Below are positions 1 to 11,735 of a stretch of DNA of 64,000 nt, piece after piece. The DNA comes from Thalia democratica (Eukaryota): the NCBI GenBank assembly GCA_965202585.1, contig OZ241826.1, forward strand, positions 79,918,001 to 79,982,000, read 5' to 3'. A program made the position numbers and the translations under genes. Each line of letters starts with the position of its first letter. The first letter of the stretch is position 1. The notes beneath the pieces are model-generated. The model saw only the letters and a list, made by a program, of their open reading frames with translations. It was not told the origin of the DNA and searched no databases.

Positions 1-3000
1 GTTTTATAAAGAAATTTTTGTTTGAATTTTATGCATAAGAATGTTTTTTGATGTGCTTGAACCACATGGTCTTTCTCTAGCTTTTTTTAATTGCCTTTTT
101 GCCACGTTAATAGAATGTATGCTAACAAAATTTCTGAAAAAAACCGTAAACCATTAAAAAACACATACTTTTTACAGCCCTAAACTTTTATAAACCTTTA
201 AAACCCTAGTGTTGAACTATTTCAAGACTTGAAAAGAAAAAGTAGTTTAAAAGTACTTTTTTTTCAAACAACATACAAATAAAAAGAAACGAAAAATAAA
301 AATATACATATTTTTTCTCTAATTAAACCTATCTGTTAACGTCCTTGAATGCTTCAAGCTAACTTTTTTATCTGAAAAATATCAAACAGTGATGAAGACA
401 GGTTCTGAAGATTTGACAGAAATGCTTGTTACAGGTATTTGTTGCTTTGGAACGTATAATTGGAGATTGGTGACTTTGGAATCGTTGAATTGTGAAAGTT
501 TTAATTTATTCAGTTTTGACTTTGTATAAGTTTTATGTTTATGTTTATTTAACCACTGTAATTTGTTTTTTTCTTTTTAGTGTCTTTCAGTTTAAGTGGC
601 CTAGGTTTTAATGCCTAGGTCCTTTGTTGGACAATAAACTTGATAATAATAATAAAAACATAAATTTCCACCGCAGATCGTTTTATGCCACTACGAATTA
701 CAAGCAAATTGCTCAGATAAAGAGTCGTTTGTTGATTAATAAACAGTTTTCGAGGCAAGTCAGCTTTTTTGTGGTTTTCACTTCCAATGTTGACACAACG
801 CTAGTTTGCGGTTTTTAATTTTACAAATCCACGGTAAAAACAGTCTTAAACCAAAATTGTAATTTATCATTACTTTAATAATCTGTAACTCCTAAGTTTT
901 AATTTTTGGTTTTTGAGGTGTTTGAAGTCGGTCGTTTTATAGTATGGATTTTTTTTGTGCTAAATTTACAAAAATAAACGTTTTGGTTTACAAAGTTTGA
1001 TTAATCTCAGGTTTTTTTATTTTGATTTACTACAAATTTATGAGGTTTTTTAAATTTAAAAAGCTTTTTATCTTTTACAGTAAATTTTTTTATTTTTTGT
1101 TGCAATCATTATTGAAATACTTGTGAGCATAGTTTTATGTGTAGTTCTGTTTAAAAGGTGTACCAAAAACTAGAATGTAATTCTCTTTAACTTTTCAAAT
1201 CTCTCATTGAAAGTTTTGAATATCTAAGGAGATTAAAAATATTTCATACAAATGTAATATAAGTAAAAAATATTTAGCACTATTGGGTCTATTAACAGCA
1301 ATAGTAAACTGTTTGCTTATTATTTCACCACCAACTTCTCTACAAAGTCTTAATGAATTTGTTTTTATTTTGCCAAGTGTATTTTCACACAATATTAAAA
1401 GCTTTTCACGGTTTTTAAACGTTGACTTATAGATTTAGTTAATTTTGTCAAAATTTAAAATAAAAAACTTGGTTATATCTATACAAACATTATCGCCCCT
1501 CCTACGATTTATCAGTAGTTTTCAGACATCAATCACCGCTCGTAAACGTCAGTAGTTTTCCGGTAATTCAGTCAATTAACTTCTACGAAAATGCTTGACA
1601 ACCTTGTTGCCATGCCACCTTGGTTACCATGGTAAAGGTCATCATCGCTTATCGGATTAATTTGATTGGAGATTAACTAGTTCGTAGCTCGTAACTATGG
1701 CGACAGAAATTAATCAGCAGCGGTATTGTAACCATGTAATACGACTTGTTACTAAGTAAATGGCTTGTATATGCGTAATTAAATTAAACAGTTTTTTACC
1801 GAGTTTTTTGACCTTTTGATCAAATGAACTTTTTTTTCAACAATTAAAGAATAATTAAACAGTTGAATAGCCTAACTCTAAACTTATTACTCTCGCGGGT
1901 TTTCTTAAAATTGTTTTTATTATCTTTAAACGAACTGAAAACTTAAACATACTTTTGTATATGGTTTCAAAGCAAGCTTTTTTTCTTAAACTAAAAATTG
2001 TTGCTTAATATTTTACAATTTTTAAGGTAAAAAAATTAATTTGTTGTTTTTTTTTTTGAGTAGGGTTTTCACTTTTGTAGTTTAGTTTTTTATTTTTACT
2101 CTACCGTTGATTTGATAATAAAGCTCTAAATTATTACATTAAGTTTTAGCTTGAAATTCAATTAATAAAGTATAATACATAAAATAAAAATATGTTTTTT
2201 TAATATAGTAGCTTTTTCACATAAAGTTTTTTTTTCACAAAATTGTATGTTAGAATATTTTTTGTCTAACCAACTCAATCATTATTTGGTTTTAACGCAA
2301 TTCACTTCCGGTATGACGCCATAGCAACATATGTCATCACCCCTAACAACAACTTCCGCTGTCGCTCGTCACTAATCCCCTATTGTTACCAGCAGTAACT
2401 GAGCGGAGGTTATAACGCAAATTGTTTTATTTTTACATGTTTTTGGTTTAAACTATTGCTTTAATTTTAACCAATACTTTTTTTAACAGTTTAAAATTGA
2501 ATAAAATAAATAGTCAAAAAATATTTATGAAAATTGTATATAAATCTAAAATTTTGCTTACTATAAAAAAGTTTATAATAAATTTTTAATAAGTAATGAT
2601 GACTATTTCTGCCGAATTTGTTAAAAACATTGAAAAGTACTAGAGATTGGAACCTTAGTATGAATTAAATTAAATTAAATTATAGTTTTGATAGTTATTT
2701 TTTTAAAGTTGAAAAATATAAAAAACAAAAATTATATTGTTGCTGACATTAATTAAAAACAAATTATCTCAAAAGTCAAAAATACTTTTTTTAGGTTAAT
2801 TATTAAATATAGAGTAGCAATCATAAAGTAATTTATACAAAACAATCTGCTTAAAGTATTGCGTGAAAAATGTTTCTATCTTTTTGATTATCAATCCTTC
2901 AAACTGCCACCCTGGTCGAAAAAACGGGCGACAAAGAGTTTCGTTGCCAGGGTAACATGTCACCGTAGTTACGGTTCAAACTTGCTTACAAATCTCAACA

Positions 3001-4082
3001 GCATCTGAAAAAAAGGGTGATCAAATGACACCTTCGCCCTATTTAAGTAGCTACGAAAGATTTTGCCTTAGATTGAAATAGCTGTTAGTTTCAAATTTTA
3101 GAAATATGAAGCTTACATTTTGTACTAGATAACTTACAGACTTAAACTAAAAACATGTTGGCGTTTCATCAGCTCAAGTATCGGTATATTCGCCCTTAAA
3201 AAACTATGTTTAACCTACAAAACTTATTGAATTTCGTTCAAAACCTTGTTATTATATGTATGGAAGCTGTTCATTAAATCAAAGCTTACGTTATCTCATA
3301 ATAATATATTCTTATGTTATTCTATGTGATACGTTTCATGTAAACAATATAACTGTCAACATTGACCACTTCACGTGTGCTTATGGATTACGAATGCTTC
3401 CAGTTAAAAGTTATGCCTTTTTAGACCTTATTATTATAAGTATTTAATGCCAAATACCAACACACAGGATAGAGAGTAGATTTATAGCTTTTTTATTGTT
3501 TTAGTACTTTGCTACAGTCTCGAAAGGTATTTTTGGTAGTATAATAAATGCTCGTTTGTTTTGTATGTCGGCTTTAAGGCAAACAAAGATATTTAAAAAA
3601 ATGTTAAACAGAGATATTTGTTTCAATTTTTTTTTTCTAAGCTGTTGAATTATTCTTTTTTATTTAACTTTTGTGTCTGCTAAAGCTTAACATAGTTTAT
3701 CAAGACTGTATGTCTCTATTGAATTATTTTGGCAATTCCATTGTTTTTCAAACTGTATTTATTGAACTAAATTATTTGTAAAAGCGCTTCTTTACTTGTT
3801 TGCTAATTAAAGCTTGTTTCTGATGATGTTGGATTAAAGCAAAAAAAGAAAGAAAGGCCAAGTTATAAGACAGCCTTGTACTTTCAAAAATATTTAATTT
3901 CAGTTTCTGGACATCCTTAAAATTTTCATATGTTTCTACGAGGAAATTGTCGGTACACGTTTACTTATCGTAATAGTTTATCAACTCTGTAAAGTTAAAA
4001 GCCGAGTAATTATTTCTTTTCGGTGAAATGCGTAAAATTTTTAAACACGAATTTCAAAATTAAAAGCTAATTTCTAAGAATT
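1..4082 (+). repeat. left arm of ~4-kb inverted duplication (continues beyond window start); 5'-half pseudogene of the SAMD11-like locus
   Basis: Reverse complement matches 11735->8298 throughout, e.g. 1-60 vs 11675-11735, 1493-1790 vs 10230-10512, 3140-3180 vs 9165-9205, 3945-4082 vs 8298-8450; roughly 80-90% identity by eye, including non-exonic DNA. Confidence 0.9.
2268..2410 (+). pseudogene. decayed homologue of coding exon 3
   Basis: NQLNHYLVLTQFTSGMTP*QHMSSP...RH*SPIVTSSN* aligns to copy 1 NQLNHHRLVSTLQRSTSAMTSSP...VVTSSN; TAG at 2322-2324. Confidence 0.75.
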
Positions 4083-4944
4083 CTTATATTTGGTTTATGC
4101 CGAAAAAAAAGATCAAAAAAAAGCAAAGCTTAAATTAATTTCGCTGTTGCTTAAATTGCTTAAGAAACGCGCAAGCGACAAACAAACATTGACGATACTT
4201 TGTATAATTGATATAACTTTTAAAGACACAACATTAAAGTTTTTTTCTTTTCATTTAAAAATCAGTTTTCGATCTTTTTTTTTGCTAAGTTTTATCTCCA
4301 CTAAAACACTTTTTCATAAATTGAAAACACTCTTTCATGTTTTTAAAGAAGACACATTGCGTATAAATGAACCGATTGAGTTTATCTATTGATGTAACTA
4401 AACAGGATAACTAAATTATTTCATTAAGTACAACGCAGTTAAAACAGCGTTGACGAATCACTGCGTAGGAACAATTGCTAAGCAGTGCCTTTCCGGTCAA
4501 ATAATTATTTAATAAGGTTAATCCCTATCCCAAAGAAAAAAGTCAAAAACAACATATCTCCCGCGTGACAAGTAAGGTTGTAAAGCTTTCTGTAGTTTCG
4601 TAGTAAGCAAAAAAATAAGTACTAGATATTGTAAACAAGAATATCAGTCATACAGTATATTTTAAAGTTTATAATTTATTTATTTAAAAAAGTTATATTA
4701 TTTTCAAATTTCACCTATTAAAGTATCGTCAGCTTAAAAAGATATCTTATAAATAAGTTTTGAACACCTTATATTTGCTATTTTTTAATTGTTTCAAAAA
4801 AACTTATCTCTAATTTTGCTTCTTAATATTTTCTAACGTTTAAATAGCCTTATATGCCAAGTTAGTAGTCGAAAAATAGTAAAAATTCTGCAAAAAAAAT
4901 AAAGTTTATTTTTTACAGTTTAAGTAAATGATGAAGTTCCAAAA

Positions 4945-5885
4945 CAACCGATACCAACCACTACAACGATTAAAAGAGGACGGAAAAAGATAAATCACTA
5001 CAAACTAACGACGAAATAAATGTATCATCATCACACGTTGCTAAGCAACCGATGTTGCGGTTTCCATTCTGTAAATATTTTAATTTTCTGCTATGCGGTC
5101 ATTTTGTTCAGTAGTGCGAAAATTCTTTAAAAAACAACTAGCAAAAGTTTACCTTCTTTTTTAATAAGGTTTAAAAAAATAAGCTCGGTACGCTGCTTTA
5201 AAACCCTTAAAACAAATAATAACTAAAATAGCGTATTGAATCGTTTAAAAAATGATTTATTAGATCTTTGATACAAACGTAAATTCTTACACTGCAGTAA
5301 AGTGGCAGATAATGATAGTAAGCGCTTCAACTGTGTGGTAACAAAAACACCTTGTAATTGATGTGAAGCAGATAAAAAGGCGAGGTGAAAGCCTGCGGAG
5401 TCGGCGACGTTTCAAGTTATGTGTTCGGAAATCAACGTGAAGCTTTTCGTCTGTATTTCAATAATTGTTTGCCGTTAGGAATTTTTCTTAGCACTTTTGT
5501 TCAGATTGTTTATTTTTCACCTGACTTAATAGTGTATTGAAGTTTTGCATATAGTTTAAACAAAATAATTTCTAATAGCTTAAAACTTTTTATACATAGA
5601 TTTAACAATACTATTTTAACAAACTAGTCAAAATATAAGTTTAGTGCAGTTCCTACTACAAAAGTATAAGTAAATAAAAATGATTAAAGACAAAACTTAA
5701 TTTCAAAAGATGGCTATAGTGTTTTTAAAACACAAAATTGCATAAAGACAGTGAGTATAACAAACCGCCTTTGCCAGAATAAATCGTTGATAATTTGCAG
5801 CTCCTATCTTTTAAAGAAGCTGCCTTAAGAACCAACGTAAAATCGGCTTGAGTTCAAAACAAAGTCGATTTTTTGCCTATCAATC
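4945..5885 (-). repeat. partial copy of the upstream modules G, A, B2 inside the inverted-repeat spacer
   Basis: caaccgatacca (4946) as at 62894; module A 5371-5460; gagttcaaaacaaagtcgat (5850) as at 63644 and reverse at 39122. Confidence 0.8.
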
Positions 5886-8297
5886 AAAAAGAAAAATCAA
5901 CAGTCCTCACCTAATTTTGTTCTTTCTTTACACTGTTTTATAATAAAAAACTTTTGGTTTAAAACTTAATGTAGTCTTTAAAACTTTTAATATGTTTTAA
6001 ACAAATTCGTGGCTCGTATTAAGGTTTTAACGTCTTAATAACAAATTAATAGCATCTTGTAACTGATAATTTAAATAATATGTTTTTGCAAAACGATGAA
6101 ATAATGTTTTCAAAACTTCTAACGTGTTACTGATATAGTAAATTCACATTGTCTTGTAAAGCTTGTAACGTATCAGATTTGCGGATTATATTTTATAATT
6201 TATCTACACAATTGTCTTATATCTAGATTTAAAGAAGTTGCTTGTACATACTTTAGTTTATTTTTTAGATAAAATAATAGTTTCCTCAAACAAATGGTAA
6301 AGTGAATTGATAGAACAGATTGATCTCTAACTACCAAATCGCTGTGCATAATACTTTTGTATATTGATTTATTATATAAACTAACTTATTCATTTTTATA
6401 GAACTTAAAATTATAACATTTATCTATCCCTACTTCATTTAACGATCAAATAAAGCATCTAGCTAATCTGTTTTAACAACCATTGTAATTCATTCAACTT
6501 TTTGTGAAACAATCTTATACAAAATTTCACATCATTTAAAAATCATACAACTTTGAATTAAACTAATAAGAATTAATTTCGATACAAAGTTACTAAGTAT
6601 GTATTGTAAATATTACTTTATTAAGGGATTCAGTAAAATATGTTAGTTTACTTTTTATAAACACAAATGTTAAATTTATTTTATAAGAGTGCAAGGTCTG
6701 CCTACAACCTTTAAGAAGCAAATTTTTCTAATATATTTTGTACTATACTACATTGTATAACAGTGTTTTAAGACTTATTTATGGTTTTCTTAAAGTTAAT
6801 ATATTTTATTCTTTTATGAGTTTCAATATTTCTCTTTTATCAACTTAAAAGTAATAATACTAGAGATCACATGTTACATTTTTTATATTTTATTAATGGT
6901 TTAAAGCCGTTTGTTGGTAAAGTTAAAGTCACTTAGTTGTAAAATAAGCACGTGGTTTGTTAAGATAAAAAACAACTAAACTGTTGCTGTTTAAAGTTTT
7001 GAACTACTAAGTTTACAATTGTAATCGGTACATAAGACCAAAAAAAAAAAGAAACTGTAAGTCTTAGGATAAATTAAAATAAACAAAAGTCTTTTTAATT
7101 AACAATTTTAAATAATCATAAAATAAACATTTCAAAAAACTACATACTTAAAAACTTATTAACCTTTTTCTGTAAAAAAAGTGGATTTTACAAATTACAA
7201 CAACTTATTTTCTTCTAATGTTCGTTTCTTGAAGGTTTGAAAAAAGCTCATTAGAAGCAAATCACTTAACTCAAAATCAGCGCAGAATCTCAAAAAAAGA
7301 TCTCGCCACAAACAAAACAAAGCACCAAAAAATATATAAAAACCTTCTCCTCTTTACGAGTTATTAATGACAAACGAGCAAAAATCGTAATGTTTCATGT
7401 AAAAAAAGAAAAATTCACATTTAGTTAACGCACATTTAAAGGTATTTTTTAGAATAGTATCGACAGTTAGTAAGCCGCATACATCATTGTGCAATCTCAA
7501 GTTTTTTATTGATTAACTATGACTTAAAAATGTAAATTTCAAAGGTTGCATTAAAAACGTTAGGACTGTTGACGATAATAAACATCTTAAAAAGTATAAC
7601 ACTGAAAACAAATAAAACAGTCTTATTTAAAACTTTAGGACTGCTTTACGATAAGAAAAAATATTAATGTAGTTATTAGAGTTTGAATAAATTATTCCTT
7701 TAGTCAGAACTTTGATTAGTTTTCTAATGTATAAATTTGGTGTAAATAAATACGAAATTATCTGTGGGATAGTTCAAACATAGTTCCCAGATTGTTTTCA
7801 GTTGGCTTCTTAATGCCAAGCTGCTTTAAAACTGGTTTATTTATCATTTATTGTGGCTTCATTTTGTTAAAATATCAGTATTTTAAAAAAGCACTCCTTT
7901 GCGGTTAGTTTAAACTTATTTAATTTTGCGTTCTTTAATACATATACATATTATGTATATTTTTAATCATTTCAGCACTTCTAATTTAAAGTACAAGTAT
8001 ACTCTTTTCTTAAACTTAGTGAATTTGATTATTTTTATTGTACGTATACTAACTGAATCATTAGAAAAAAGATAAATAAATAGAAAGGCGCAAAATTCGC
8101 AGTACTTAAAAATTGTGCTCTTCATAAAAAAGCGACAATTTTGCCGCGGTTGTCCCGCCATCGTCTTTAAGCTGAAAAGTTTAATTAGAGCAATTTCTTC
8201 GTTAAATTTTCTTTAAATGTCCTTCAAAACTGAAACGATTGAGAACAGATGACAAATGCTAATTGCTGCCGGTAATTACAAGATTTTTACAAAAAAA

Positions 8298-11200
8298 ATC
8301 TGAGAAATTAGCTTTTAACTTTGAAAGGCGTGTTTAAAATGTTACGCATTTCACCCACAAAACAGAATTGCTCGGCTTTTAGTTTTACAGAGTTGATAAA
8401 TTATTACGATACGTAAACGTGTACCGACAATTGCTTCGTAGAAACATATGAAAATTTAAAGGTTGTTCAGAACTAGACTTAGATATTTCTGAAATTACAT
8501 GACTGTCTTATAACTAGGCGTTTCTTTAATTTTTTTTTGCTTTAATCCAACATCATCAGTAACAAGCTTTATTCAACAAACAAGTAAAGAAGCGACTTTA
8601 AAAATAGTTTAGTTCAATAAGTAAAGTCTGAAAAAACAATGCAATTGCCCACATAATCAAATAGACAAACAGTCTTGATCAACTATGTTAAGCTTTAGCA
8701 GACATAAAAAAAAAAAAAACTGTTCAATAACTTAGAAATAAAAAAAAATTGAAAAAAACTTCTCCTTGCTTTTTAAAAAATGTCTTTGTTTGCCTTAAAG
8801 CCGACATCAAAATAAAACGAGCAATTAGTATACCACCAAAAATACATGTCGTTTCTTTAGCAAAGTACTAAGACAGTCTAAAAAAATAAAATAATTTCTA
8901 AAAAATAATAAGGTCAAAAGAGGCATGATTTCTAACTAGAAGCATTCGTAACCCATAAACACACGTGAAGTTGTCAATGTTGACAGCTATTTTGTTTACA
9001 TGAAACATATCACACAGAATAATACAAGTAGATAGTGTTTTTACGAGATATCGTACGCTTTAATTTAATAAACAGCTTCTATACATATAATAGCAAGGTT
9101 TTGAACAAAATGCAACAAGTTTTGTATGTTGAATATACTTTTAAAGGGCGATTACACTGATAATTGAGCTAATGAAACGCCAACATGTTTTTAGTTTAAG
9201 TCTGTAAGTTGTTAAGTGCAAAATTTAAGCTTTATATTTATAAAATTTGAAACTAACAGCAATTTAAATCTACGGCAATATCTTTCACTTAAACAGGGCG
9301 GAGGTGACATTTAATTGCCCTTCTAATTCATATCAATTGTTACCATCTCTGGTACTTTTCAATGTTTTTAACAAATGCGGCAGAGATGGTCATGGTTTAT
9401 AATTAAAAATTCATTTTGAACTTAATTAAAACACTTTTTTTATAGTAAGCAAAATCATAATTAAATACTTTATGAACATTTAATTTTCCAGTTGTAAACT
9501 GTTAAACAAAGTATTGGTTGAAATCATAGCAATAGTTTAAACCAAAAACATGTAAAAATTGAACAATTGGTGTTACAACCTCCGCTCAGTTACTACTGGT
9601 AAAAATAGGGGATTAGTGACGAGCGACAGCGGAAGTTATTGTTAGGGGTGATGACATATGTTTCTATGACGTCATACTGGAAGTGAGTAGCGTGGAAACT
9701 AGATGATGATTGAGTTGGTTGTTGCAGCGACAATAAATAGTCTAACATGCAATTTTGTAAAAAAAGATAAATACTTTATGTGAAAAAACTTCTAGTTTTA
9801 TAAAAAAAAGTATTTATATTTTCTGTATTATACTCTACTCCATTAAATAACTGCATTCTTCAGCTAAAATTTTATGTGATAATTTAGAGCATTATTATAA
9901 AATCAATGGTCGAGTAAAAATAAAAAGCTAATGCACAAAAGTAAAAACCCTGTTAAAAAAAAAATATCACTTCTTTTACCTAAAAAATTGTAAAACAGTA
10001 AGCAATAGTTTTTAGTTTAAGCAAAAAACTTGCTTTAAAACCACGTACAAAAGTCTGTTTCATTTTCAGTTCGTTCAAAAATAATAAAATCAATTCTAAG
10101 AAAACCCGCAAGAGTAATAAGTTTAGAATTAGGCTATTCGACTGTTTAATTGTGCTTTAATTGTTGAAAAAAAAGGTCATTTGATCAAAAGGTCAAAGTA
10201 GTCGGTAAAAAACTGTTTAATATATTTTATACGCTATCCAACGAATTAACTTAGCAACAAGTCGTATTACATGGTTGCAATACCAATGCTGATTAATATC
10301 TGTTGTCATGGTTACTAGCTAAGAACCAGTTAATCTCCAATCAAATTAATCTGATAAGCGATGATGACCTTTACCATAGCAACCAAGGTGGCATGACAAC
10401 AAGGTTGTCAAGCATTTTCGTAGAAGTTAATTGGTTGAATTACCGGAAAACTACTGAAGTCTACGAGCGGTGACTGATGTCTGAAAACTACCGCTAAATC
10501 GTAAAAGGGGCGAAAGTGTTTGTAAAAATATAACCAAATTTTTAATTTTTAACTTTGACAATATTTAATTAAATTTATAAGTCAACGTTTAAAAACTGTG
10601 AAAAGCTTTTAATATTTGTGTTAAAAAATACTTCGGCAAAATAAAAATATACTTATTAATGCACTTACGACTTTGTTGAGAAGTTAATAGTGAAGTAATA
10701 AGCAAACAGTTTGCAATTGCTGTTAATAGAACCAACACTGCTAAACATATTTTACTTATATTACATTTGTATGAAATATTTTTGAATCGCCTTAGATATT
10801 CAAAATTTTCAATGAGAGATTGGAAAAATTAAAGAGATTAATTTCTTGTTTTTGGTAAACCTTTTAAACTTTTAAACTAAACATAAAACTATGCTTACAA
10901 GTATTTTAATAATGTTTTCAACAAAAAATTAAATAATTTACTGTATAAGATAAAAAGCTTTTTTAATTTCAAAAACTTCATAAATTTGCAATAAATCACA
11001 ATAAAAACCTGAGATTAATCAAATTTGTAAAACCAAAAGTTTTTTTTTGTGAATTTGGCACAAAAACCAATACAAACTATAAAACGAGCGACTTAAAACA
11101 TCTCAAAAAACATGAATTAAAATTTAGGAATGATAAATTATTAAGTTAATAATAAATCACACTTTTGGTTTAAGACTTTTTTCGCCGTGAGTTTGCAAAA

Positions 11201-11735
11201 TCAAAATCCACAAACTAGCGTTGTGTCAACACTGGAAGCTGAAAACCACAAAAAAGCTGATTTGCCTCGAAAATTGTTTATTAATCAACAAACGGTTCTT
11301 TAGCTGAGCAATTTGCTTGTAATGCGTAGTGGCATAAAACGATTAGCGGTGGAAACTTCTGTTTGATATTTTCAGATAAAAAAGCGAGTTTGAAGCATTC
11401 AAGGTCGTTAACAGATAGGTTTAATTGAAACAAAAAAGATATATGTTCTTATATTTCGTCTTTACTTTTGTATGTTGTTTGAAACAAAAGTACTCTTAAA
11501 TTTGCTTTTTTTATCTTGACATAGTTAAACACTAGGGTTTTAAAAGTTTTCAAAGTTTAGGGCTGTAGAAAATATATGTTTTTTAAAGGTTTACAGTTTT
11601 TTTCAGATTTGTTAGCATACATTCTATTAAGGTTGCAAAAAGACATTTAAAAAGGTCGACGAACGACTATGTGGTTCAAATACATCAAAAAACAATCTTA
11701 TGTATCAAATTCAAACAAAATGTTTATTTAAAAAT
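8298..11735 (-). repeat. right arm of inverted duplication; 5'-half pseudogene
   Basis: Mirror of 1-4082; lacks ~350 bp corresponding to 2665-3010 and lacks the ~270-bp insert at 390-660. Confidence 0.9.
9575..9720 (-). pseudogene. decayed homologue of coding exon 3
   Basis: NQLNHHLVSTLLTSSMTS*KHMSSP...RH*SPIFTSS; the first two stops are shared with 2268-2410. Confidence 0.75.

Noticed and set aside
375-415. aaaaatatcaaacag...acaggttctg resembling the exon 6 acceptor of copy 1 (17700-17735)
   Set aside because: Short, AT-rich, out of module order, and similarity does not extend; probably chance
5371-5460. Module A as a tRNA-derived SINE, or the repeated modules as a CRISPR-like array
   Set aside because: No cloverleaf, A/B boxes, tail or TSD; copies always sit in the same module order; spacing is kilobases and irregular in a spliceosomal-intron genome
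2268-9720. Shared in-frame TAG/TAA in exon-3 homologues as a sign of stop-codon reassignment
   Set aside because: Both full genes end in TAA and copy 1 has 746 codons with no internal stop; the partial units lack all downstream exons
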